Shown here: one piece after another, positions 27,436 through 36,280 of the stretch
How the letters are laid out: every line of letters begins with the position of its first letter
Numbering within the stretch: the first letter of the stretch is position 1
Source of the DNA: a candidate division FCPU426 bacterium
GTDB taxonomy: Bacteria; Oederibacteriota; Muellerivitia; Muellerivitales; Muellerivitaceae
DNA: 64,000 nt
Assembly (NCBI GenBank): GCA_963719085.1
Contig: CAVRAL010000001.1
Span: forward strand, 192,001 to 256,000
Reading direction: 5' to 3'
Program-made: the position numbers and the translations under genes
The notes under the pieces: model-generated
The model's database searches: none
What the model was told of the DNA's origin: nothing
Seen by the model: the letters and a program-made list of their open reading frames with translations, nothing else

Positions 27436-28563
27436 ATGACGGATATGGACCGCGGCGAAAAAGTGAAGGTCATCATCACCGGCGGCGGCACGGGCGGCCA
27501 CGTGTTTCCGGGCATCGCTTTGGCGCAAGAATTGGGACGCCGTTCCTCGGTGAAAGTTCTTTATGTGGGCAAGGTGACCGGGCCTGAAAGCAAATGGGTC
27601 ACGGACCGGGGATTGCCCTTTGAGGGGATCAACGCCAGCGGTTTTCCGCGGGGCTTCAGTTTAAAACTTTTCACCTTTTGGATCGACCTATTGAGGGGAT
27701 TTTCCCAGGCCTCTGGAATTTTGAAAAAATTCCGGCCCCAAGTGGTTTTTTCAACCGGCGGCTACGTGTCGGTGCCGGTGTCGGTGGCGGCGGCGTTGAA
27801 GGGGATTCCGGTGTTGTTGTTCGAGCCCAACGTGACACCGGGCTTGGCGGCCCGGGTTTTGTCCTTTTTCTCAAGCCGGGTTTTCACGGGATTTAAAAAA
27901 ACCTCGGAAACTTTCGCCAGGTCCAAATCAGTTTGGAGCGGGATCCCGGTGCGCCGGGAGATTTTAGAGGCCCGAAAAGAGGAAGCCCTGAAAAGTTTCG
28001 GTCTGGACGGCGAAAAGATCACCCTGCTTCTTTTGGGGGGGAGCCAGGGGGCCCATGCCTTGAACCAAATGATGAGCGGCGCGATCCAGGTATTGAACGA
28101 CGGCGCCGATCCCTTGCAGGTTTTGATGATGACGGGATTTTCCGATTATCAATGGGTGCTCGATGAGACGGGCAAATGCGCTTTGAAGGTGGTCTTGCGG
28201 CCCTTTTTCAGCGACATCCAACAGGCTTACGCGGCCGCGGATTTGGTCGTGGCCCGCTCCGGCGCCATTACTTGCGCGGAGCTTTTATCCCGGGGCCTGC
28301 CGTCCCTGTTGATCCCTTATCCCCACGCCTCGGGCCACCAGGAAGCCAACGCGCGGGCGCTGGAAGAAGCCGGCGCGGCGGAAGTGTTGCTCGAAAAAGA
28401 TTTGCAAAAGGGTTTTTTGGCCGACCGGATCCACGATTTGGTCGCTCATCCGGAACGTTTAAAGCGCATGGGCCTCAAGGCCCGTGAAATTTACAAAGAG
28501 GACGCCTCGGCCTTGATCGCCGAGAACCTGTTGGAATTCGCGTCGCAAAGGAAAAGCGCATGA
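27436..28563 (+). CDS. murG: Lipid II GlcNAc transferase MurG
   Basis: GGGTGGHVFPG, GGYVS, GGSQGA, RSGA, HQEANA. Confidence 0.96.
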   Translation: MTDMDRGEKVKVIITGGGTGGHVFPGIALAQELGRRSSVKVLYVGKVTGPESKWVTDRGLPFEGINASGFPRGFSLKLFTFWIDLLRGFSQASGILKKFRPQVVFSTGGYVSVPVSVAAALKGIPVLLFEPNVTPGLAARVLSFFSSRVFTGFKKTSETFARSKSVWSGIPVRREILEARKEEALKSFGLDGEKITLLLLGGSQGAHALNQMMSGAIQVLNDGADPLQVLMMTGFSDYQWVLDETGKCALKVVLRPFFSDIQQAYAAADLVVARSGAITCAELLSRGLPSLLIPYPHASGHQEANARALEEAGAAEVLLEKDLQKGFLADRIHDLVAHPERLKRMGLKAREIYKEDASALIAENLLEFASQRKSA

Positions 28564-29960
28564 GCCTGTCCCAGTTTTTAACCCAGCCCCTGGGGTCCGT
28601 GAAAAGGGTCCATTTTATCGGCATCGGCGGCGCCGGCATGAGCGGCATCGCGGCGGTGCTCTTGAGCCTGAAATACCAAGTAACGGGATCGGACTTGAAA
28701 CCCAGTGAAGTGACGGACCGCTTGATCGCCATGGGCGCCAAGATCGCCTTTGGCCACAAGGCCGCCAACGCGGTGGGTTCGGACGTGGTGGTTTATTCGG
28801 CGGCGGTTCCCTTGGACAATCCGGAGATCACCGAAGCCCAAAAGCGGCAAATCCCGGTGATCCAACGCACCGAAATGCTGGCCGAACTGATGCGGCTCAA
28901 ATACGGAATCGCGGTCTCGGGCACCCACGGTAAAACCACGACCACTTCCATGATCGGGCTGGCTTTGACCGAGGGAAAACTGGACCCGACCTTGGTGATT
29001 GGGGGCCAAGTGGACGCTTTCAAGTCCAACGCCAAACTGGGAAAAAGCGATTATCTGGTGGCCGAGGCCTGCGAGGCTTTCGGCGAGTTTTTCCTGCTCT
29101 CGCCCATGATTTCCATCATCACCAATATCGACGACGATCACTTGGACTATTACGGTTCCATCGAGAAGGTGCGGGATTCTTTCGTGACCTTCGCCAACAA
29201 AGTTCCTTTTTATGGCTGCGTGATTTTGGGGATCGATGACAAGCAGATCCAGTCCATGGTCGGGCAAATTAAGCGCCGGGTAGTGACCTATGGGCTTCAA
29301 AAACCGGCCCAGGTGATGGCCCGCAAGATCAAATACGAAAAAGCCGGGTCGATCTTTGAGGTGGCCCGGGACGGAAAAAAGCTCGGCGTGGTCCACTTGG
29401 GCGTGCCGGGCCGGTTCAACATTCAAAACGCTTTGGCCGCCATTTCGGTGGCGCTGGAACTCAAAGTTCCCTTCAAGGCGATCGCGGCGGGGTTGGCCCG
29501 CTTCCATGGGGCCCAGCGCCGCTTTGAGATCAAGGGAACCTTCAAGGGCGCCACGGTGGTCGATGATTACGCCCACCATCCCACAGCGGTCTTGGAAACC
29601 TTGAAAGCGGCCAAGCATTTCGCCGGAAGCAAAAAGTTGGTGGTGGTGTTTCAACCCCATCTTTTTTCCCGGACCCAATTGCTCCGGGACAAATTCGGCA
29701 AGGCCTTTGGCGACGCGGATGAGGTGATCATCACCGCCGTTTATCCTTCCCGGGAAAAGCCGATCCCGGGCGTGACGGGCAAAACTTTGGTGGAGGCGAT
29801 CCGGGAAAACGGCCACAAGTCGGTGGCGTCTTTTGAGGATAAGACGGCCCTTTTGGAATATTTAAAAGGCCATCTGACCGGCAAACATGTGCTTTTGACC
29901 ATGGGCGCGGGGGATATCTGGAAACTGGGTTCGGACCTGGTCCAGAAACATAAAGGTTAG
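28560..29960 (+). CDS. murC: UDP-MurNAc:L-Ala ligase MurC
   Basis: HFIGIGGAGMSG, GTHGKTTT, DHLDYY, DDYAHHP, FQPH, MGAGD. Confidence 0.97.
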   Translation: MSLSQFLTQPLGSVKRVHFIGIGGAGMSGIAAVLLSLKYQVTGSDLKPSEVTDRLIAMGAKIAFGHKAANAVGSDVVVYSAAVPLDNPEITEAQKRQIPVIQRTEMLAELMRLKYGIAVSGTHGKTTTTSMIGLALTEGKLDPTLVIGGQVDAFKSNAKLGKSDYLVAEACEAFGEFFLLSPMISIITNIDDDHLDYYGSIEKVRDSFVTFANKVPFYGCVILGIDDKQIQSMVGQIKRRVVTYGLQKPAQVMARKIKYEKAGSIFEVARDGKKLGVVHLGVPGRFNIQNALAAISVALELKVPFKAIAAGLARFHGAQRRFEIKGTFKGATVVDDYAHHPTAVLETLKAAKHFAGSKKLVVVFQPHLFSRTQLLRDKFGKAFGDADEVIITAVYPSREKPIPGVTGKTLVEAIRENGHKSVASFEDKTALLEYLKGHLTGKHVLLTMGAGDIWKLGSDLVQKHKG

Positions 29961-29969
29961 GAAAAAATG

Positions 29970-30051
29970 ACCACCAAGGCACCAAGACACCAAGGAAGGC
30001 GGAAAGAAAATTCGATTTGTTTTTTTCTTGGTGTCTTGGCGTCTTGGTGGT
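29970..30051. repeat. CCAAG/CTTGG palindromic element (murC|murB)
   Basis: accaccaaggcaccaagacaccaag ... cttggtgtcttggcgtcttggtggt. Confidence 0.88.
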
Positions 30052-30067
30052 GAGGAACTTTTTCGTC

Positions 30068-31015
30068 GTGGATTTTGGGGAACTGAAGAAACGGCTTAAG
30101 GGCCGGGTGGAATTGGGCGCCTCAATGGCGCTAGCGACCAGCTACCACATCGGGGGCGCCGCGGGGGCCTTGGTGGAGCCGCAAGACGTGGAAGATTTAA
30201 AGACTTTGATGGGCTGGCTTGGGGAAACCCAGACGCCCTACCTCATTTTGGGCGGGGGAAGCAACCTGCTTTTCGCCGATGAGGGCTTTCAAGGCGTGGT
30301 GATCCGCCTGGGACGCGGGTTCCAAGGCGTGCAGGTGGAAGGGGATCGGGTTCGGGTGAAAGCCGCCACCAAATTGGTGACGGTTCTCAATCGGGCCCGG
30401 GAAGAAAACCTGGGGGGCGTCGAGTTTTTCGCCGGCATCCCGGGAACCATCGGCGGGGCGGTGTCCGGGAACGCCGGGGCTAAAAAGGCCTGGATCGGGC
30501 CCACGGTGGAGGAGCTTTTGATCGTGACGCCTGAGGGCGAGGCGAAGGTTTTAAAGAAGGCGGACTACGTTTACGGATACCGCGCCTCCTCGTTGAAGAT
30601 GAGCGGAAATGTTTTGGTGGAGGCGGTCTTGAGGCTCAAAAAAGAGCCCCAGGCGGAGATTGAAAAAAAAGTGAGGGACTATTTCAAGGTGCGCCGGGGG
30701 AAACAGCCCCGGGTGGAGCCCAACGCGGGAAGCGTTTTTAAGAACCCCGAGGGAAACTTCGCGGGGCGTTTAACCGAGTCGGTGGGACTCAAAGGCTTCA
30801 AGGTGGGCGGGGCTGAGGTGAGCCAAATTCACGCCAACTTTATCGTGAACGACGGAAAGGCCAAGGCCCGCGATGTGGTGGCGGTGATGCGGGAGATTCA
30901 GAAACGGGTATGGGCTGAGTACCAGATCAAACTGGAGCCTGAAATCCTTCCCTTGGGGGATTGGGATTGGGCCGAGATTCAGGATGTGTGGTGGAATTTG
31001 GAAAAGAAGTTTTGA
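30068..31015 (+). CDS. murB: UDP-N-acetylenolpyruvoylglucosamine reductase MurB
   Basis: IGGAA, GGGSNLL, GIPGTIGG, NAGA, YGYR, NAGSVFKNP, HANF. Start reassigned to GTG 30068. Confidence 0.95.
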   Translation: MDFGELKKRLKGRVELGASMALATSYHIGGAAGALVEPQDVEDLKTLMGWLGETQTPYLILGGGSNLLFADEGFQGVVIRLGRGFQGVQVEGDRVRVKAATKLVTVLNRAREENLGGVEFFAGIPGTIGGAVSGNAGAKKAWIGPTVEELLIVTPEGEAKVLKKADYVYGYRASSLKMSGNVLVEAVLRLKKEPQAEIEKKVRDYFKVRRGKQPRVEPNAGSVFKNPEGNFAGRLTESVGLKGFKVGGAEVSQIHANFIVNDGKAKARDVVAVMREIQKRVWAEYQIKLEPEILPLGDWDWAEIQDVWWNLEKKF

Positions 31016-31075
31016 ATTTTAAGTTCTAAGTTTTGAGTTCTTAAACTTAAAACTAAAAACTGAGAACTCAAAACT
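31008..31075. repeat. Inverted heptamer tandem repeat (AGTTTTG-like x5, then AAACTNA-like x5) at murB|ddl
   Basis: agttttg aatttta agttcta agttttg agttctt | aaactta aaactaa aaactga gaactca aaact. Confidence 0.8.
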
Positions 31076-31089
31076 AGGGCAGGAAACGA

Positions 31090-32070
31090 ATGAGTACAAG
31101 GAAAGCAATGAAGCCGAAAACCGGAGCGGGAAAATTGAAAGTGGGTGTCCTGATGGGCGGTTGGAGCTCGGAACGCGCGGTGTCTTTGGTCTCGGGCCAA
31201 AAGGCGGCGGAGGCTTTGAAAAAGGCGGGCTTTTCCGTGGCGATTTTGGATTTGACCTCCACCGACCGGAACGAAAAGAAACTCGCGGCGAGGTTGAAAA
31301 AGGCCCGCTTGGACGCGGCTTTGATCGCCTTGCATGGCGGTTACGGGGAGAACGGCGGCATCCAGTCCTTGCTCGAACGTTTGAGGATTCCCTATACGGG
31401 ATCGGGTCCCTTGGCTTGCGGATTGGCCATGCAAAAGGCCTGCGCCAAGCTGGTGCTGGAAGCCAACGCGGTGCCGACGGCGCCTTGGCAGGCGTTGGAA
31501 CGAAAAACCTCGAATGACAATCGGGGCAAAGAAGTGATCTTGAAATTGCCGCTGGTGGTCAAGCCCGCGGACGGGGGATCGGCGATCGGGGTGACGATCG
31601 CGCGCAAAAAAGAACAATTGAGCCCGGCCTTGAAAACGGCCTTTAAAACCAGCCAATGGGCGGTGGTGGAGAAATTCATCGAGGGAGTGGAAGTGACGGC
31701 GGGAGTTTTGGAAGACAAGGCGCTTCCTTTAATCGAGATAGTGCCCGCGAACGATTTTTACGATTACGACGCCAAATACACGCCGGGCCGCTCCAAACAC
31801 GTGATTCCGGCCCGGTTGTCCAAGGCGGTGACGAAAAAAGTCCAAGCCGCGGCGTTAAAGGCGGGCCGGGTATTGGGATGCCGTGATTTTTACCGGGTGG
31901 ACTTGATCGTGCCGAAAAAAGGCGGCCCGCAAGTTTTGGAAGTGAACACGGTTCCGGGCATGACGGGAACCAGTCTTTTTCCGGAGGCCGCGGCGAAGGC
32001 GGGCACGCCTTTCCCGAAGCTTTTGAAGCGGTTGGTGCTTTTGGCGCTGAGCCGGAAAGGCCGTGATTAA
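31090..32070 (+). CDS. ddl: D-alanine--D-alanine ligase
   Basis: GGWSSERAVSL, LHGGYGENG, PYTGSG, VKP, FYDYDAKY, LEVNTVPGMT. Confidence 0.96.
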   Translation: MSTRKAMKPKTGAGKLKVGVLMGGWSSERAVSLVSGQKAAEALKKAGFSVAILDLTSTDRNEKKLAARLKKARLDAALIALHGGYGENGGIQSLLERLRIPYTGSGPLACGLAMQKACAKLVLEANAVPTAPWQALERKTSNDNRGKEVILKLPLVVKPADGGSAIGVTIARKKEQLSPALKTAFKTSQWAVVEKFIEGVEVTAGVLEDKALPLIEIVPANDFYDYDAKYTPGRSKHVIPARLSKAVTKKVQAAALKAGRVLGCRDFYRVDLIVPKKGGPQVLEVNTVPGMTGTSLFPEAAAKAGTPFPKLLKRLVLLALSRKGRD

Positions 32071-33134
32071 TGTATTACCGGGGGTCCCGAGTTTCTTTAA
32101 GCGAAAGCCGGGATCATTTTCATCCCAGCGTGGGGCCGAAGACCTGGCGGGACCGGGCGGCTTCCCGCGCGCAGGAAAAGCCGAAGGAAAAGATGTTTCG
32201 GCTGTCGTTGAAGCTGGTCCGCAAGCCAAAGCGCCAAGCCCCCCTGTTTTCGGGGGCTCGGGCAACGGAAGTACAAGAACAAGTCGTTCATGGATTCTAC
32301 CGGCCCAGCCGCTTGACGAGGGCTTCCAACGGCGGCGCCGCCGCGGTGGATGGCCGGGATGGTCTGCGGCCTGGTTTCGCGGTTCCGCCTTTTGTGGGGA
32401 AGCTGGGGATGCCGATTTTAAAAGCGGGATTGGTGTTGGGGTTGGTGGGGGCCTTGGTGTGGTCCAAGGTGAAGACCTCGGATTTGCTGCAGCAGATGTC
32501 GGGCTTGACGCTCTCCAAAATCAGCGTGGAGGGCGACCATTATTTGACGGAGGATGAAGTGATCGCCGCGGCCAAGGCGCCCCTGGGAGTCAATATGTTC
32601 AAGCTCGATCTGGGCGATATCTCCGCCAAGGTGGGAGCCTTGAGCTGGGTGAAAAGGGTGTTCGTCGAGAGGCGCCTGCCCAAGTCCCTGCTCATTTCCG
32701 TGGACGAGCGCAAACCCCTGGCCCTGTTGGACCATGGGGATCTTTACGCCGCGGATGCGGACGGCCGGATTTTATCCCCTTCGCAAGCCCTCTCCGGCGT
32801 GGACCTGCCGGTGGTGTCGGGCCTTGATTTTACCCCGGACGCCGTGGGGACCACGCTGGAGGCGGCCAGCTTGAAGCCGGCGCTGGATTTTTTGGAATTC
32901 CTGAAACACCAGGACGGGTCCTTGGCCCAGGACGTTTCGGAAGTGAACCTGGCGGAGCCCGGGTGCTTGAAGGTGACTTTTATCGACGGCGTGGTGGCCC
33001 GGTTTAACCCCTTGGTGACCGAGGACGAGCTGAGGCATATGGCGCTGGTGTTGGGCGATTTGAATTTAAAAGGGAAAAAGGCGGCCAGCCTGGACTTTCG
33101 TTACAAAGACGAAGTGCTGGTGAGGACGCGATGA
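32070..33134 (+). CDS. ftsQ: Cell division protein FtsQ/DivIB with long N-terminal cytoplasmic extension
   Basis: TM at about aa 117-132, POTRA (ISVEGDHYL...WVKRVFVERRLP...ERKP), LDFRY; lies between ddl and ftsA. Confidence 0.88.
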   Translation: MYYRGSRVSLSESRDHFHPSVGPKTWRDRAASRAQEKPKEKMFRLSLKLVRKPKRQAPLFSGARATEVQEQVVHGFYRPSRLTRASNGGAAAVDGRDGLRPGFAVPPFVGKLGMPILKAGLVLGLVGALVWSKVKTSDLLQQMSGLTLSKISVEGDHYLTEDEVIAAAKAPLGVNMFKLDLGDISAKVGALSWVKRVFVERRLPKSLLISVDERKPLALLDHGDLYAADADGRILSPSQALSGVDLPVVSGLDFTPDAVGTTLEAASLKPALDFLEFLKHQDGSLAQDVSEVNLAEPGCLKVTFIDGVVARFNPLVTEDELRHMALVLGDLNLKGKKAASLDFRYKDEVLVRTR

Positions 33135-33170
33135 ACATGAAAAGAGGAACCATGGATAAAAACAATATTA

Positions 33171-33265
33171 ACCACCAAGACACCAAGACACCAAGTTTAA
33201 AAGGTAACGATGGAACTCAAAAGCAAAAGTTTTTGACTTCCTTGGCGCCTTGGCGTCTTGGTGGT
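33171..33265. repeat. CCAAG/CTTGG palindromic element (ftsQ|ftsA)
   Basis: accaccaagacaccaagacaccaag ... cttggcgccttggcgtcttggtggt. Confidence 0.88.
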
Positions 33266-33299
33266 GAAAAACATGTTTTAAAACAAGGGGGTGAATGAA

Positions 33300-34565
33300 A
33301 TGGCTAAGGAAATAAAACAAGACGTGGTGGTGGGTTTGGACCTGGGGACGACCAAGGTTTGCACCATCATCGGGGAGCTGGATGACGAGGGCCAGGTCCA
33401 CATCATCGGCGTGGGCACCACCCAGTCGACGGGTTTGAAAAAAGGCTCGGTGGTCAACATCGAGCAAACCATCAACTCGATTAAAAAATCCATCCAGGAC
33501 GCGGAGCGCATGGCCGGGGTGGAAGTGACCTCGGTTTACGCCGGGGTGGCCGGAGGGCACATCAAGGGCCTCAACAGCCGGGGCGTCATCGCAGTGTCCC
33601 GCCGGGACAAGGAGATCACCGAGGAAGACAGGGAGCGCGTCATTGAGGCCGCGCAGGCCATCGCCATCCCGCTGGACCGGGAAATCATCCACGTGATTCC
33701 CCAGGAATATATCGTGGACGATCAGGACGGCATCAAGAATCCCGTGGGCATGTCGGGGGTTCGATTGGAGGCCGAGGTCCATGTGGTGACCGGCGCGGTG
33801 ACCAGCGTGCAAAACATCGTGCGCAGCGTGGAGCGGGCGGGGGTTTCCGTCAACGACATCGTGCTGCAGCCCCTGGCTTCCGCGGAGGCCATCCTTTCGG
33901 CCGACGAGAAAGAGCTGGGCGTGGTGCTCATTGATATCGGCGGAGGGACCACGGATATCGCGGTTTTCATCAACGGATCACTTTGGCACACGGGCATCAT
34001 CACCTTAGGGGGGGCCTTGGTCACCAGCGACGTGGCCGTGGGTTTGAGGACGCCCAACACCGAGGCGGAAAGCATCAAGACGCATTTTGGGAGCGCCTAT
34101 ACCGCCATGGTGAAAGAAGAGGAAGAAATCACCGTGCCGGGCGTGGGCGGGCGCCCGGACCGGCGCATGCCGCGGCGGGTATTGTCTGAAATTATTGAGG
34201 CCCGCATGGAGGAAATTTTTGAGCTGGTTTCCGCCGAGCTTAAGAAACACGGGTTTGAGGACCGCATCCCCGCGGGGGCGGTTATCACGGGCGGGTCTTC
34301 CTTAATGGAAGGCACGGCCGAGTTGGCGGAAAAAATCCTCCAGCTTCCGGTGCGCATTGGGTCGCCCAAACGGGTGGGCGGGTTAACGGATGTGGTTTCC
34401 AACCCCATGTATTCCACCGCGGTGGGATTGGTTTTGATGGGACTTCGGTCCCACTCGGGGCCTTCGTCGGCGGCCGGGAAGAAAAGCGCGGGCGCCAAGC
34501 AAGGCGGCGGAATGCTGCAGGACATCCTGGGCCGGATGAAGGGTTGGTTCGGAGATTCGATTTAA
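33300..34565 (+). CDS. ftsA: Cell division protein FtsA
   Basis: GLDLGTTK, PVGMSGVRLE, DIGGGTTD, ITGG, YSTAVGL. Confidence 0.97.
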   Translation: MAKEIKQDVVVGLDLGTTKVCTIIGELDDEGQVHIIGVGTTQSTGLKKGSVVNIEQTINSIKKSIQDAERMAGVEVTSVYAGVAGGHIKGLNSRGVIAVSRRDKEITEEDRERVIEAAQAIAIPLDREIIHVIPQEYIVDDQDGIKNPVGMSGVRLEAEVHVVTGAVTSVQNIVRSVERAGVSVNDIVLQPLASAEAILSADEKELGVVLIDIGGGTTDIAVFINGSLWHTGIITLGGALVTSDVAVGLRTPNTEAESIKTHFGSAYTAMVKEEEEITVPGVGGRPDRRMPRRVLSEIIEARMEEIFELVSAELKKHGFEDRIPAGAVITGGSSLMEGTAELAEKILQLPVRIGSPKRVGGLTDVVSNPMYSTAVGLVLMGLRSHSGPSSAAGKKSAGAKQGGGMLQDILGRMKGWFGDSI

Positions 34566-34572
34566 CGGCGGA

Positions 34573-34659
34573 TTTACCGCCAAGACGCCAAGTGCGCCAA
34601 GAAAGGCAAAGATTAAGAGATTTTGAAGTCCTTGGCGAACTTGGCGTCTTGGCGGTGAA
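34573..34659. repeat. CCAAG/CTTGG palindromic element (ftsA|ftsZ)
   Basis: tttaccgccaagacgccaagtgcgccaag ... cttggcgaacttggcgtcttggcggtgaa. Confidence 0.88.
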
Positions 34660-34734
34660 AAGGTTTTGAATTTGTAGTGGGTTGGACTTTGGAAAGGTGG
34701 TGATTGTTTGGCACTGGAACTAAAGGGTTGAGGG

Positions 34735-34790
34735 GCGCGGGGGCGCGAGTCTTCGCCGCCCAAAGGGCGTGAGGCTTCACGTCCCTGCGC
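34735..34790. repeat. REP-like inverted doublet of GC-rich hairpins
   Basis: gggcgcgagtcttcgccgccc and agggcgtgaggcttcacgtccct, flanked by gcgcgggg/ccctgcgc. Confidence 0.5.
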
Positions 34791-34842
34791 TTAAAAAATG
34801 GGGTTTAAAGTTTCACCAAAAAAATCAAGATGAGGGGGATTT

Positions 34843-36003
34843 ATGATCGAGTTCGCGGAAGACGATGTGACGCAGTATCTGGCCCATTTGAAGGTGATCG
34901 GGGTCGGCGGCGGCGGTTGCAACGCCATCAACAAAATGATTGAGGCCGGGATTGAGGGGGTGGAATGCATCTCCGCCAATACGGACTACAAATCGCTTCG
35001 CCGCAGCAAAGCGGCTAAAAAAATCCAACTGGGAAAGTCCTTGACCAAGGGCTTGGGCTCGGGCGGAAATCCCACGACCGGCAAAGAAGCGGCCACCGAG
35101 TCCATCAACGAAATCCAGCAGGCGCTGGAAGGCGCGGACATGGTGGTGGTGGCCTGCGGGATGGGCGGCGGCACGGGAACGGGCGCGGCCCCGATCGTGG
35201 CGGAGGTTTCCAAAAAGATGGGAATCCTGACGGTGGGCGTGGTGAGCCGTCCCTTTGAGTTCGAGGGACCGGTGCGCAAGGCCCAGGCCGAGGACGGACT
35301 CAAGGCCATGATGCCCCACGTGGACGCCATTGTGGTGATCCCCAACGAACGCATCAACATGGTTTGCGAGCAGGACATCGATTTGTCCTCCGCTTTCAGC
35401 CGCGTGGATGACGTTCTGGTGCAGGCCATCCAGGGCATTTCCATGGTCATCCACTCGGAAGGGATCATCAACCGCGACTTCGCCGACGTGAAGCGCATCC
35501 TGACCGCCAAAGGCAAGGTCTTGATGGGAACCGGTTACGGGACCGGCGAGGACCGGGCCTTGAAAGCGGTCCAAAAAGCCGTCAACAGCCCCTTGCTGGA
35601 GGATGTGGATATCGCTGGCGCCACCGCGGTTTTGGTGCAGGTGACCGCGGGCGCGAACTTCAGCTTGAACGAGTTCAACCAGATCAACGGGTTCCTGCAG
35701 AAGGCGGCCCGGCCTGGCGCGGAAATCATCCCCGGCATCGTGAAGGACGAGAATCTTCGCGACGGCCTGCGGGTGACCATCATCGCCACCGGTTTCGACC
35801 AAGTGAAATCGGCCGACACCGCCACGGTGATCGACCTGAAGAACTTCGTCAATCCGAACTTCCAAACCTCCAAGGGGGACACCGCGGCTTCGATCGGCGC
35901 GGAGGATTTCGAGGGGGATATGGGCATCAAGTTGACCGAAGGGCAGTACGAGATTCCGGCTTACCTGCGCCGCCGTTTGGCCAGCAAGCCGTTTAACAAC
36001 TAA
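34843..36003 (+). CDS. ftsZ: Cell division protein FtsZ
   Basis: GVGGGGCNA, GGGTGTG tubulin signature, INRDFADV, IIATG, C-terminal EIPAYLRR. Confidence 0.98.
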   Translation: MIEFAEDDVTQYLAHLKVIGVGGGGCNAINKMIEAGIEGVECISANTDYKSLRRSKAAKKIQLGKSLTKGLGSGGNPTTGKEAATESINEIQQALEGADMVVVACGMGGGTGTGAAPIVAEVSKKMGILTVGVVSRPFEFEGPVRKAQAEDGLKAMMPHVDAIVVIPNERINMVCEQDIDLSSAFSRVDDVLVQAIQGISMVIHSEGIINRDFADVKRILTAKGKVLMGTGYGTGEDRALKAVQKAVNSPLLEDVDIAGATAVLVQVTAGANFSLNEFNQINGFLQKAARPGAEIIPGIVKDENLRDGLRVTIIATGFDQVKSADTATVIDLKNFVNPNFQTSKGDTAASIGAEDFEGDMGIKLTEGQYEIPAYLRRRLASKPFNN

Positions 36004-36023
36004 GGCGGTAAACAGCGGCATTC

Positions 36024-36113
36024 ACCACAGAGTTACACAGAGTGAACAGAGTAAGGATCAAACCCTATTTGGGATTTGGTTTTACTCCGAGTAACTCGGT
36101 GTAACTCCGTGTT
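36024..36113. repeat. Palindromic tandem-unit element, ACAGAG type (after ftsZ)
   Basis: accacagagttacacagagtgaacagagtaa ... ttactccgagtaactcggtgtaactccgtg. Confidence 0.75.
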
Positions 36114-36280
36114 TCAAAGATTTTGACTGTCTTTTTGGCCCGGCGCTCGTCGGGCCGATGAGACGGAAGCACGGCGCCCGGACCCTTTGGTGCTCCGGGA
36201 ACACCCCCTACGCTTTTCGACACCTGGGGTGCCTCCCCGTGCTTCCGTCCCATCGCTGGGGATTTTTTTAGAGGATCCCC

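Noticed and set aside
21622..30067. ORF-track N-terminal extensions of murF (21622), murD (24423) and murB (30017)
   Set aside because: They read through repeat elements (SWRLGVLAV-type peptides). SD-supported starts at 21730, 24471 and 30068 match the family N-termini.
36137..36256. tRNA, SRP RNA or c-di-GMP riboswitch
   Set aside because: No T-loop/CCA, no SRP GGAA-loop motif and no riboswitch consensus that I can recognise. Kept only as an unknown structure.
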